DNA from: Candidatus Poribacteria bacterium
Lineage (GTDB): Bacteria; Poribacteria; WGA-4E; WGA-3G
Direction: 5' to 3'
Length of the DNA: 64,000 nucleotides
NCBI GenBank assembly: GCA_965242965.1
Contig: OZ251518.1
Coordinates: 1,760,001 to 1,824,000, forward strand
A program made the translations under genes and the position numbers. Under the pieces are notes generated by a model. That model saw nothing but the letters and a program-made list of their open reading frames with translations. It made no database searches and was not told the DNA's origin. Numbering within the stretch: position 1 is the first letter of the stretch; every line of letters starts with the position of its first letter. This document shows positions 1-11,500 of the stretch, piece by piece.

Positions 1-235
1 GGAGGGAAACACACATCGTGACGATGGAGATCGCGGGGGACAGGCCCCCGCGCTACGATAAAAAACGCCGCCCCCTCACCGTAGGGCGAGGGCCCTCGCA
101 TGCCACACGCGCATGCGAGAGGGTTTCCCTCGCCAGTGCTCGCGCACTCCAACGCTCGCGGGGGACAGGCCCCCGCGCTACGATAAAAAACGCTGCCCTC
201 TCACCGTAGGGCGAGGGCCTGTCCTTCGCCATCAA
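1..235. repeat. Cluster of REP-like palindromes (CGCGGGGGACAGGCCCCCGCGCTAC and GTAGGGCGAGGGCCTGTCCCTCGCC families)
   Basis: The same palindromes recur in many intergenic regions of the window. Confidence 0.85.
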
Positions 236-240
236 CGGGT

Positions 241-1050
241 CTAACCGACCTCTTCGCCGTCCAATTTGCCAACGTGCAGGTCGATCTCGTCACGAGACTC
301 TATTTTATCCACCTTGCCATCTGCCATGTGAAAAATCCGGTCGGAGACATCCAACATCTTGTGATCATGCGTTGCAGTGATGATCGTCACGCCGTTCTCA
401 GCGTTGAGACGACGCAAGAGCGCGATAATCTCCAGCCCGGTTTTGGTATCCAAATTCCCCGTCGGTTCATCAGCGAGGACAATGGCCGGGTCATTTGCCA
501 GCGAGCGCGCAATAGCGACGCGCTGCTGTTGTCCACCGGAGAGTTCTAACGGCTTGTGTTGAACCCGGTCTCCGAGGCCAACAAGGGAGAGGAGTTCCAC
601 CCCGTGCTCTCGGCTATCGTCGGCACTCGTCCCGGCGAAAATCATCGGGAGAGAGACGTTCTCCAACGCCGTCATGACAGGAATCAGGTTGAAGGATTGA
701 AAGATATAGCCGATTTTGCGGCAGCGAAGCCACGCGAGTTCATACGCATCCAACTGCGCGATGTCCACTTCGTCGATATAGACTCTGCCTTCGGTGGGTT
801 TGTCTAAACCGCCAATCATGTTGAAAAGCGTTGACTTCCCGGAGCCGGAGGGGCCCATAATCGAGATGTATTCGCCGCGCTGGATCTGGAAATTTACCCC
901 GCGCAGGGCATCGACGGTAGTCGTGCCCATCTCATAACGCTTGATCAGGTTCCGGACGCGCACGGTATTCTCCTTCGGCAGGATGCGCTGGAGGCGTTCC
1001 GGTGTTTCAGCGAGGTTCGGTTGCATATCGCCATTGCCTTGCATGTTCAT
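241..1050 (-). CDS. ABC transporter ATP-binding protein, MacB/LolD type
   Basis: Walker [19 protein letters not shown], signature [13 protein letters not shown], Walker [12 protein letters not shown]-loop ATHD; AGGA RBS upstream of ATG 1050. Confidence 0.95.
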   Translation of the reverse strand: MNMQGNGDMQPNLAETPERLQRILPKENTVRVRNLIKRYEMGTTTVDALRGVNFQIQRGEYISIMGPSGSGKSTLFNMIGGLDKPTEGRVYIDEVDIAQLDAYELAWLRCRKIGYIFQSFNLIPVMTALENVSLPMIFAGTSADDSREHGVELLSLVGLGDRVQHKPLELSGGQQQRVAIARSLANDPAIVLADEPTGNLDTKTGLEIIALLRRLNAENGVTIITATHDHKMLDVSDRIFHMADGKVDKIESRDEIDLHVGKLDGEEVG

Positions 1051-1096
1051 TTTTTTGTATTCCTAGCGGTTGTTCCGCTTCATCTAAGCAGAGAGA

Positions 1097-1564
1097 TTAC
1101 CGACGTTTGGGTAAAAATCCGAAACGTTTCTGGGGTTCCAATTCTTGCGTTACGGGCGCGTTCGCGTTGGTGTCCGTCGGGATTGCGAACCCGATGAAAT
1201 TCCGCTTGCCGAGTTGCTGCATGAACGTAAAAAGCGAGGTCTCGGCTTCCTTCCGGGTCAGCTGGTGTTGCTTTTGGATACCCTTGATGATCTGCGCGAT
1301 CGTATGCTTGCCATCGCACATCTGCCAGACAAAGGTGCCCATCGCATCCAGCACGATGACGCGTTTATTCGGGAGCATGAAAAGTTTGCTTGCGAGCCGC
1401 ACCCACAACTTGTCCTTTTGTGGCACGACAAGGGATGCTTCACCTTTGTCGTCCACCTCCCACGTGATGAGTTGATTCCGAACGGGGAACGCCTTCATGA
1501 TGCGCCCCCGCGCCATGTCAGGCCGTTTCTTCAGTTTGAGAGCATATAGCAGTCTATTTAGCAT
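1097..1564 (-). CDS. PqqD-family / RiPP recognition element (RRE)-like protein
   Basis: LDAMGTFVWQMCDGKHTIAQII...FMQQLGKRNFI fits the PqqD winged-helix consensus; ATG 1564 follows AAGGAA. Confidence 0.8.
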   Translation of the reverse strand: MLNRLLYALKLKKRPDMARGRIMKAFPVRNQLITWEVDDKGEASLVVPQKDKLWVRLASKLFMLPNKRVIVLDAMGTFVWQMCDGKHTIAQIIKGIQKQHQLTRKEAETSLFTFMQQLGKRNFIGFAIPTDTNANAPVTQELEPQKRFGFLPKRR

Positions 1565-1603
1565 TTTTTCGTTCCTTAGGTGCGCACTTTGTGGCAAACG
1601 ATG

Positions 1604-2599
1604 TTAATGGCATTGAATACTCGCTGCCACCTGCTTCACCGTGCCCTCGGCATCCACGCCGCCCACAGATTGGATGACGTAGATGCGGTTAGAATGATGG
1701 CACCGCCACAAGTGAAACACCAGCGTTGCGCGTTTTGACACCTTGTCAAGTGCCAGCACCGGCGAGAACGGCACGCTGTCGTAGAGCCGCGTCTGTTGCC
1801 CGATGAGCGTGAGTTGTTCATCATCGGCATCGGGGTGAGAGGTTACCTCAAATCCGTAGCCGCGAATCGCTTTGGCATATTTCGCGCGAAACCACGCCTC
1901 TAACGGGTTCGGTTCTGCCTTAAAATCGCCGAGCATTACCTCAGCCGGTCCGTAGCGTTCAACGCTGAGCCGCTGTTGCTCGGCAAGGATAGGCACACCT
2001 TTCGCCGCCGGGATGACATGCCGCAGCCTTGAACGTTTCACAACAAAGGCGAACAACAAATAGCCGCTCAGCAGTTTCTGCCGTTCCAATTTGTATTCGC
2101 TTGGGACAGCGAGCGCGAGGCCGTAAGCACTCCACAACGTATTCGGCGCATTGTGCTGCGTGGAAATAGAACGGAAGATGCGCAGCACAGTCGGCCGCCA
2201 ATTCTCTTTCAACCGTCCCATGACTTGGACGATGGTAATCCGTTTGCCGGCGTGTAAAATGAGTCCATTGGCGCGGATGCTCCCCTTCCAACTGAACCCG
2301 ATGACGGTGCGCCCTTTAAAGAATTCGGGTTCCTTGATAAGGGTGACATTCCGGCGGAAGGAGAGTTCCTTACCCTTTTTGTAACTCTTGCGGATGAGCT
2401 TGAAGTATTCGTCAAGCGTTGCGTGCAAGTCAGGTTTTTTCTTCCGCGTGTGCGCCCATTTGAGCTCAAGGCGTGGCATTTCCGCATCGTCAAGGCGGAG
2501 ATATCCGGTCTTCTCATCGCCACTGAGCCCGCTCAGTTCCCACTCTTTTGGAATTTCTAGTTGCGTGCCTGCCCATCCGAAAACAGTCCAGTCGTCCAT
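1604..2599 (-). CDS. Hypothetical protein with two similar halves
   Basis: 331-aa ORF with RBS, co-oriented in the operon; FGWAGTQLEIPKEW..GYL resembles WSAYGLALAVPSEY..GYL. Confidence 0.8.
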   Translation of the reverse strand: MDDWTVFGWAGTQLEIPKEWELSGLSGDEKTGYLRLDDAEMPRLELKWAHTRKKKPDLHATLDEYFKLIRKSYKKGKELSFRRNVTLIKEPEFFKGRTVIGFSWKGSIRANGLILHAGKRITIVQVMGRLKENWRPTVLRIFRSISTQHNAPNTLWSAYGLALAVPSEYKLERQKLLSGYLLFAFVVKRSRLRHVIPAAKGVPILAEQQRLSVERYGPAEVMLGDFKAEPNPLEAWFRAKYAKAIRGYGFEVTSHPDADDEQLTLIGQQTRLYDSVPFSPVLALDKVSKRATLVFHLWRCHHSNRIYVIQSVGGVDAEGTVKQVAASIQCH

Positions 2600-2669
2600 T
2601 TTTCTGTTGTTCCTAGCGGTTGTTTTCGCTTGCCTCGTCTCTTCTTGCAGGCATTAGCTAGATTTATCT

Positions 2670-2936
2670 GAGGATGTTTCATAAATCCGTTTCAATAGTT
2701 ATCCCCCCTTGGGGCAGGGCGACTACCGAAAGGCATCGGGCCCACCTCTGTAGTTCGGGATCGCCTGATCCCGAACGGGTCAGGATCAGGCGATCCTGAA
2801 CTACAGGGGGGATGCAGTCCGACAGCCAAACGCATGGCGAGGGCCTGTCCCTCGCCCTACGTGAAGGGGCGGCGTTTTTTTCACCGCAGCGCGGGGGCCT
2901 GTCACCGCGACGTTGAGCGATTTATGAAACACCCTC
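2670..2936. mobile_element. MITE-like element, copy 1
   Basis: TIRs GAGGATGTTTCATA / TATGAAACACCCTC; flanks ATTTATCT / ATTTATCC; REP-like palindromes inside. Confidence 0.75.
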
Positions 2937-3002
2937 ATTTATCCAGATTTATTCCGTAGGCGCGGTTTCAAACCGCGCCTACGGAATTTCTATATCCGCC
3001 TG

Positions 3003-4991
3003 CTAAAACGGTTTGACAATCACGGCTTTGGAGACGAGCGCGATTGCCACCGTGCCCATGCCGATTAAGCCGACACCGCAGGCGAATCCCGCCGCCAGCA
3101 CCGGGTTGAACATATACCACCGACGCATACCGAACCGTTTGATCATGTAGAACCGGCCGATAACCGCACCGAGCAGACGCGCTACCATGCTACCCGGGTC
3201 AGCCAGGGCACCACCTGCGATGCCGTAAAACCACATCGAGGGGAGTTTGAACACCCAGAGCAACCCATAAAGCGCGAGCATTGAGGTAAAGCCGGCGGAG
3301 ACATAATCGCCGCGAATTGCCTGAAGCATTTCGCTATTCCCATCCCTAAGCGACGTTTTCCACAGACATTCGTTCGTGGCGTTGATGGGCCACATCATCT
3401 GGGCAAACGGATATTGCGCGCTCGGAATTGGCGCGATCTTCCAGATAAAATGCATCACGACAATGCCGCTAACGAGCAAAATCGGCATAATCAGCAACGT
3501 GCCGGCGAGGTTTGACGTGAATGTCGTGCCGGTAAGTTCCAGCACACGCCAGCCTTGCGTGCCTCTACCGTAGTCTTCGTCGGGAAGCGGCGCGAACCAA
3601 ATGTCCACCTCTTCATATCGGCTCAAAATAAAGGTAATCTCATGCAGATACGGGATTTCAAAAAGGTCGCGGCCCAGCACACCGAACGTTCGTGCCGTGA
3701 TATACGAATTAATCGGTGTATACAGGAACGCATACCCGAGCAGGAAACTGAGTGGGAAGTTCGGCACCATCCAGTGGATAAGCCAGACGAAGCCTCCCAT
3801 GCCGATGAGCCACATCGCGCCCATGAGCCAGATCGGGAAATCACCGCGATTCGGCGGCGTTGCGAATGAACCGCGTTCGCCAGCCTTTTTGCGCGCTTTC
3901 TGCATCTTAAACAGCATCGGAATAGAGGCCGCCATCCCCACAACTGCGAAGCTGAACGATTTGCCCATCCCGAAACTCATCTCAAAGTCAAGGCTGTTGA
4001 ACAAATTAGTTGCCCGCACGTCAAGTCCCGGATTCCATTGATACAAGATTTCAGCCGGGTAAAGAATCTGCGGTTTTAAGATAAATTGCGATACCATCGC
4101 CGCGATGAACTCCGACATCATAATCGGGAACGGCATGACGAACCCGATCAGCATCTGTCCGAAGTCCGTGCGGAGCGCGAACACGCCGGTCGGCGCGAAC
4201 CCTTCGATACTCTGCGTGAAATCTATCCACGGAATCTTCAGAATCTCAATCGGCTGGCTCATCATCACGCCGGAAAGAGCCGGAACGCCGATATAGAGGA
4301 AACCCCATATCAGGCCCGCCATGGAGCCGATGGAAAAGACGCGCCACCGCCAGGTCTCCTCCTTACCGGTAGTTTCCGCGAGTGCCGTCGCGCCTTGCGC
4401 GCTAATCGGTGCCATCGGATACGGAAGCCGTTCCAGGTCTGCCGTGAGCCGGAACAAGATATACTGGCCACTCACAAACCGCAGCGTGCCGAGTAGTTTG
4501 CCAGCGAGGTAGATTGCAATCGGCAGGAACCAGTCAGGGTGCAAGAGGGTCCGCGTCAGCACCGCGGCAGAATCGCCGGCTGGCACAATCCATGCCGGAA
4601 TCTTATCGGCGATTTCATAAGAAGCCGCCTGCGGCGTATTCACGAAGTAGGCATACCAGATGAAGTTGCGGTATTGCATCCCGCTTCCGACAGCAGCACC
4701 CGTGAGGCCGAGGAGCATATAGAGCTCCTGCCGCCGGGCTGTCGTAAAGGAACGCCGCGCGAGTTCAGTAAACAGAATCACTGCTACCCACGGTGCCGCT
4801 TCCGCGCCGGATTGGCCGGATACATAACTGAGATAGATGGAGCCGGGCATCATCAGCAGCCCTACAAAGAGCGCGCCGATGAAGACTTTGACGGTGAGAC
4901 CGGACTCAAAGGTGCGGATGCCGCCTTCGATGTCGTATCGTTTCGCCCAAGCTTGCCATTCATCTGCTTGTGATACTCTTTCTCTCGCCAA
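3003..4991 (-). CDS. OPT-like (oligopeptide transporter-related) polytopic membrane protein
   Basis: 662 aa with many hydrophobic segments; ERLPYPMAPI resembles the OPT LxFP motif; TTG start after AGGAG. Confidence 0.7.
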   Translation of the reverse strand: MARERVSQADEWQAWAKRYDIEGGIRTFESGLTVKVFIGALFVGLLMMPGSIYLSYVSGQSGAEAAPWVAVILFTELARRSFTTARRQELYMLLGLTGAAVGSGMQYRNFIWYAYFVNTPQAASYEIADKIPAWIVPAGDSAAVLTRTLLHPDWFLPIAIYLAGKLLGTLRFVSGQYILFRLTADLERLPYPMAPISAQGATALAETTGKEETWRWRVFSIGSMAGLIWGFLYIGVPALSGVMMSQPIEILKIPWIDFTQSIEGFAPTGVFALRTDFGQMLIGFVMPFPIMMSEFIAAMVSQFILKPQILYPAEILYQWNPGLDVRATNLFNSLDFEMSFGMGKSFSFAVVGMAASIPMLFKMQKARKKAGERGSFATPPNRGDFPIWLMGAMWLIGMGGFVWLIHWMVPNFPLSFLLGYAFLYTPINSYITARTFGVLGRDLFEIPYLHEITFILSRYEEVDIWFAPLPDEDYGRGTQGWRVLELTGTTFTSNLAGTLLIMPILLVSGIVVMHFIWKIAPIPSAQYPFAQMMWPINATNECLWKTSLRDGNSEMLQAIRGDYVSAGFTSMLALYGLLWVFKLPSMWFYGIAGGALADPGSMVARLLGAVIGRFYMIKRFGMRRWYMFNPVLAAGFACGVGLIGMGTVAIALVSKAVIVKPF

Positions 4992-5069
4992 ATTATGTTT
5001 CTCCTATTTTTTATGTCGCAAGGCGTTGGAACAAATTATCAGACGCTTTGCGAACCGGGGGACCGCGCC

Positions 5070-5276
5070 TTACTCCCCCGACGTACCCCCGTCTCCGGAA
5101 TCGTGTTCTTCGTCTCCAGAATCTTGAAACTCTTCCCAAAAATGGGCACAGAAGATGCCGACTGTCAGCACGAGCGCGGACAACATCTGCCATTGCCAAC
5201 GGCCCTCAAGCGCGAAAATGCTGAACAGCCATAAAGCTGTGCCGAGAATAATGATAAGACTCGCTATTTTTTCCAT
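5070..5276 (-). CDS. Small two-TM protein with acidic tail
   Basis: 68 aa, AGAGGA RBS, two hydrophobic helices, then EEFQDSGDEEHDSGDGGTSGE; lies inside the operon. Confidence 0.7.
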   Translation of the reverse strand: MEKIASLIIILGTALWLFSIFALEGRWQWQMLSALVLTVGIFCAHFWEEFQDSGDEEHDSGDGGTSGE

Positions 5277-5324
5277 GCTAATTCCTCTTTTTCAGTGCGC
5301 GCCGCCCCATCGGCGAAAGCACCC

Positions 5325-5530
5325 CGTAGGCGAGACCTCCTGGTCTCGATGCATCGGTTTCGGGACTCGCCATGCGTTTGGCTGGCAGACCGCATCACCC
5401 CTGTAGATCAGGATCGCCTGATCCTGATCTGTTCGAGATCGGGCGATCTCGAACTACAAAGGTGGGTCCGATACTCATCGCATTGCCGCGTGAGAATCCT
5501 ATCGCTGCACTCCCGAACTACAAAGGTGGG
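5325..5530. repeat. REP-like palindromes (GTAGGCGAGACCTCCTGGTCTCGAT; GTAGATCAGGATCGCCTGATCCTG)
   Basis: Match families seen elsewhere in the window. Confidence 0.75.
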
Positions 5531-5583
5531 CCCAATGCCTCTTCCGCCGAGCCTGAGCGATAGGATAAACGACATGCGGCCGA

Positions 5584-8500
5584 CTAACCCGCTGACGTTA
5601 CCGCCGGTTCTAACCGCGGTGCCTCGCCTGCTTCCTCTTCGTCCGGGACAGCATTTTCGGTTCTGCCGCGTTCGTGGAACTCGGCACGGATATCAACGCT
5701 GAATGTCCGCCAGATAAGGAGCTGCTTCCGCAGCAGATTGAGGAACCGTCGGTTCACACGCTTCCACGACGCAATCTCGCCACTTTCGCGATGCACCTCT
5801 AACGTGATTTTGTAGAGGTCCTCCTCCTCGCCGCCGACTGGCGAAGTGACAAACTTGATGGACTGGCTCACGCCTAAGTCGTAAGGTGCCAGCCATACCA
5901 TCATGCCGATCTGGTAAGACTCCTCGTCTGCTTCGCTGAATGCCACCTGGTCTGTGTAGAAATCGCTCGCCGATTCGTCTGCGTGCGCCTCAAAATAGTC
6001 GCGCATGAAGACGTTCAAGCCGAGTGCTTCCTCCTCCAGCACGGTGAACGGCAGGTTGAAATGCCACACGTCGCCTTCCGGTTCTGGCAGTTTCCACTTC
6101 CGTTCGATATCCGGCACCGCCATCCGTGATGCCTTCAGCGCGGGATACAGCGTGCTGAGCAACACGACTACCATGACGACAATCGTGGCGACGACGGTGG
6201 ACATTGACGAGTAGTTCAACGTCAACCCCGCGAGCCAACCGAAGTTCACCAAGGTCGTCGCAATAGCCTGTCCCATCAGATACCCTAGCACTGCGCCGAC
6301 GATGGCGTAGACGCACGCCTCCGCAAGGAACAGGAACGCGATATGCACCGGCGCAAGCCCGACAGAACTGTAAATGCTTATCTCGCGCACGCGCTCGTAA
6401 ACGGCACCGAGCATCGTGTTTAACACAATCAGCGCGGCGATGAGAATCGGCACAAACAGATTGCCCATCCCACTGAAACTCGTCATCCCGATACTGCTGT
6501 AGAGATAGGTATCCTTGTCGCGCCCGACAAAGAAGTCCAACGCGATCCGGTTCATCAGCGGTGCCATAATCAGGTCCAACTTGTCAATCGCACCGAGTAA
6601 CTGCGGATCATCGGCTCGCGGCTCCATATTCACAGCCACGCTTCGGAGAGTGCCGCCTTGATTCATGACTACCTCGTAAGGCAGAATAGCGACGCTGTCC
6701 GGGGTGAGATGCAGATATTTCTGCAGTTCGCCTTCCAGTGTTTCGTCACCGGTTGCCCCGCGGCTCCGTTGCTGTTGCATGAGTTGGTAATCAACCGGGG
6801 TGAGTTCCTCACCATCGTTATCGGTGAGGTCCTTGAAGCCGATGCCTAGCACCCCGACGACGGTGAAGTCTGCACCGTAAACCGAGACGGTGGCTTTGCC
6901 CATATCACTTTCAGTGATTTTGAGCAGTTCCGCCATCCCTTTCGGCAGCACGATGGCATAGGGCCATTCTGTCGGCCAGGCATCCGAATCGCCCGGCTCA
7001 AACCACTTGCCGTATTGGAGGTATCTGTCAATGCCGCTGACACCGGGTTCCTGTTCATTCATACCGACGAGCATGTTCGCGGCGAAGGTTAACGCCTCAC
7101 CGGTGAGGGGATGCGTCGGCGGCACCGGGTCTGACGGATTTTGGGTGCGTGTCAATTGGACAAAGGACTGATCGCCTGTCCCAGACGACTGATACCACGC
7201 CCGCGGTGCGACAACGTTCTGCACGGTGAGAACGGGTTCTTCGTCAACCTTCTCAACAAAGCCGTCCTGCTCCAATGAAGCGAGGGCTGCCGCTGTATCA
7301 ATCGGCTGCTGCCCCTGTTTCGCCAACAGTTCGCTTTTGCGTTGAAGCAACCGTTCCAGCGCGTCCAACGTAATCTGCGTTTTCTGCATATCGTTTAGCA
7401 CAGAAGTAAGCACAGGTTCTTCCAAGGGCCGCCAGTACTGGTCCCGGATGAGGAGCCCCGTGTAGCGCGGCGTGACTTGCGGAAGGCTGGTGCGGTTCGG
7501 ATGCATGAACGTCCGCACCGATGTAAACGAGATGACGGTGAACGTCAGAATGACAAGCGTGCAACAGGTGAGGATAGTGCGTCCTTTCCGTTTCCGCATG
7601 TTGGAAATGCCGAGGCTAAACGCCGCCGCGCTAGCACTCAGCCTGCCGACATCTGCCTTGTAGACATTGCTGCCCTCTTGTCGGATTTTCTCCAATTGCT
7701 CCTCGAACTTCCGCACGATAATGCTGATGACGATTACCGTGAGCGCGAGCACAACGAACGCAATCAGGATAATCACGGGTGTCGTCGTGATTTGGAACGC
7801 GGGATGCACCTGACTTAAGAAGAAGAAGACAAGCAGGAAGATACCGAACGCACCGAGGATCTGCTTGTGGATGTTCGGAAAACCGAAGATGAGCCGTTCC
7901 ATGAAGTAGGCGAACGGCATCAGCAGCGCGAGGTAGAACATCACACCGTTGACGACATCATTTCCTGTCTGCTTGACATCCGGATAGGCGCGCGATTCAT
8001 ACCCCCACGCCGCACGCGCCAATTTCAAAGCCTGCTGATAATCGTTTTGCAGGAGTTCGGTTTCGGCTCTATCCAGATATTCGTTGGCAAATTGGTGCAG
8101 TTTATCCAGTCTGTCGCTGGAGATACCGAACCGTTTATAGAGACGGGAACGGTTTTCATCAAGCCACCACATATCACGGACAACGACGTAAGGCGTGAGG
8201 CGGATTTGCCCGTTCTCCCGAACGACGAACCCCTCACCCGTGTAAAGCGTCGGGTTTTTCATGCCGCTCTTTGTCGCTTTGATGAGGAGCAATCGCTTCC
8301 CGATTTGCCCGTATGCCATTCCCACTTTGATGCGGGTTTCCGGTTCGCTGTAAACGAGCGCGATAGGTTCAGCGGCGGAAACGCCTTCCTGTTGCCACGG
8401 TTTAGACATCCCGAACTTTTCAGGCGGACTATCCGTGAGCGCATCGTAAACCTCCAATTCGCGCAAAGTTCGCAGATACCGCTGATCTACCAGATCATAG

Positions 8501-11500
8501 ATAGTTGTTGATACACACGGGAAGGTGACAACGCGACAGCCGCGTCGGCGCGTATTGATAGGTATCTTATTCGGAAGCAACTTCGCGCCGTAATTCCCTA
8601 AATCGGGCGCGTAGACGATGTCGCCAGAATCCGCATCCAAAATGTATGCCTCCACCTCTTGCACACCGCCGAGTCTGCGCGTGGCTCTGCCTTCCATGGC
8701 GAGCCCCGCCATTTCAAAGTTGCCTTTGTTATCTCCCATGACAAACAGATCGCCGCGCACCCCCATCATCGTCTTATTCTTGCGGCGCAGCGTCAAAATA
8801 GGATAGGGGACAGGCTTATTCGGCAGTGCCGATTCGCGCGCGTCAAACTCAACGACATCGCCGAAGAGGTTGCAATAAAAATTGCCGACGCGGGCCGCCG
8901 TGGGCATCTCCTCATCTCGCAGCGCTTGGAGGAGAAGCGATGCCAGCGTCTGTGCCTGTTGGTGAAGGTTGCCGCCCTCACGCAAATCCACTCTATCAAT
9001 GGTATCCAACGGGGTATCAGTTAAGACGCGCGCGTCCTCAATCGTGGCGAACGCGATGCCGGTTTTTCCGACAAGCGTGGCGACTTCACTGTCAAACGCA
9101 ATCTTGCCCGGAATGTAGGTTTTCCACGTTTTCCCGCCGCTAGCAGAAATGGCGTTGACGAAGTTCGACGCGCCGCCGAGCCCCGCGATGCCGATAAGGG
9201 TTTTGATGTCATCAATCTCCTCCTCGGTGAAAGTATCCGGGTCTTCGTGACGGAGCCGCAACATCGCGTCCAGCTGCTCGCGGGTGCGGATATTATTCTT
9301 GCGGTTTTTCTTCGCCGTGCGGACATCGTTTCGGATGAACCGTTCAACTTCCTTCCGGACGTAGTCCATATCCTTCAGCATATCCTCAGAGGGTTCACCG
9401 CGGTTTCGCCACTGCTCAAACTGCATTTTCATCAGCCGACTTACGCCGCTGAGCCCTGTCAGTTTGCCGTAATGAGAGCTGAGCAGCGTCTCCAGCGTTT
9501 TGCCTTCCAGCGCGGCTTTATCGGAGATGCCGCTTGCGACACCCCACTGCCGCGCCATGACTGCCTGACGGATCTGGTCATCGCTCCACTGCCACAACTT
9601 CCGCACACGCACGCCGAAATCGGCATCCTCGGCGTAAGAAGCAAGTTTATTACCGATGCTGGCAAATTCGCGGCGTAACACAAACTCCGGCTGCTGATCA
9701 TAGAACCAGCCTTTATTAAATACGCCGAATTGATTGGACTGTGAAGACAAGTCGATGCTGACATAGAGGGAGGTATAGTAGCGGTTAAAAAGGTCCTGCA
9801 GCGCAATCGCCGAATCAATTTGCGCAAGTTTTCGGCTATACTCGTCCGCGTCAATCCGTATCATCTTTTCAACACGGCTTTGGATGTTGCGGAAACGTGC
9901 GTTCCGGAGAGTCAATAGGTTATCGCGCAGTAGCACCTTCGTCTCCTCATCAAGATCGGTGTTTAAGGTAGGGAGCCGCTCGATGAGGTTATCAAGCGCG
10001 ACGATATCCGACGCTGCACGCCGTTTGACGATTGCCAAGAGTTTTTCCTCTGTCATGTGCGCGGCAACGATGGAACGCATCCGAAGGCCCTCTGCCATCT
10101 CATCGGCGGAAAGGTAATTTTTGAGGATGAGTTGTTCCTCGTCCAGATACCCCCTGTCCAACGTGGCGTGCGTCGCCAGCAGGTGTTGGATGCGGGTTCG
10201 TTCCAAGCGCGCGTTCCGCAGCGCGATTTCGAAGATACTCTGCTTATCCTTGAGCAAATCAGCGATGAGGATGGCAGAATCGCTCGTGTCATCGGATTCG
10301 GTTAACCGCTGTTTGAGTTGCGCATCAATGGTGCTCAGCCGTTCAAGTCCTGCTGCCGATAGATACTGCCCATCGTAAACCACGCTGGTGGCGATTTGCG
10401 CCATGCCGATATCCTTAAGTTTTCGGATGCTCGTCTTGATTTCGTTTTCAACCTGCTCGCTGTCCCTGATTTGGGACAAGACCTTTTGCAGGAGTTCCTT
10501 TTCCCGCTGAATGGCTGTTCCGCGCGATGCGTTTGCGTCGCCGAGGACTTTCCGTGCATCTTTGACGCGGTTGAGTGCGTGAAGATCGAGATGCCGGTCC
10601 AGAATTTTTTCCGGTGTCCACATCAGTGCGAATTTCCGCTTGTCGCTCATCTCCCAGTCGGCAAGCGTCTGGTTCAGCATCTCAATTTCTGCCGTCAATT
10701 CTGGCGGCAAGTCAGCCGGCACAGGGATATCCCATCCATCTTCCCGTTCTTCAGGGAGAAGATAAGCGTCATTCGGGTGCGCGCTGTATCGGGATTGCGT
10801 GGCGTTTTCAACGCTGCTGATGAGTTTATCAACTGCCCAAGTATCCAAGCGTGCTATCGGCAGTGCCAACGTTTCAATGAGTTCTCGTTGCGCGACGCGG
10901 CTCGTATCTAACGCCACCGTGCGCACTTGTGCTAAGCGTTGGACGATGTCGCGGAGGAAGTGCGTCGTCTGTAAAGCCTCCTTCTTGGAACGCGCGAGGT
11001 TGGCCAACAGCAGACTTTTCTCCTCATCGGTGAACCCTTGCTTCTCGCGTTTTCTATTCCGGTCCGCCTGTTTTTTCTGGCGTTCAGAGAAATCGCGCTG
11101 TTTCGTATTCAAGTCTTCGATTTGCGAGCGCGTTTCTGCGAGGCCGTCTAGGGTTATCGCGAGGGAATCCAGGTCAGATTTGATAGCGTGGATACCGAAA
11201 AAGAAGTCGCCGGGCAAATCAACAAGCACGCTTCTGTCAATAGAAAGCAGCAATCGCCTGCCGAGTTCCTCGAATTCAATAATATCGGTAGAGAGCCCGC
11301 GGCGGAGTCCGTGCATCGTCGGCGTGCCGGGGGAATCGGTGTCTGAACCGACGATGTCCTGTCCGATACCTTCCATAAAGGCGCGCATGCCGGCGAGCCC
11401 CTGGAAATGTGCATCCACAGCAACAAAAAGGACAGAGCGGCCCGGACGGTATTCCGGTTGACTGAAGAGGCGTGCGAGTTCCATCAACACAGCGATACCG

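Noticed and set aside
241-5276. Classical RiPP or PQQ biosynthetic cluster
   Set aside because: PqqD-like gene present, but no radical SAM, lasso cyclase, YcaO or pqqBCE, and no typical precursor in the window
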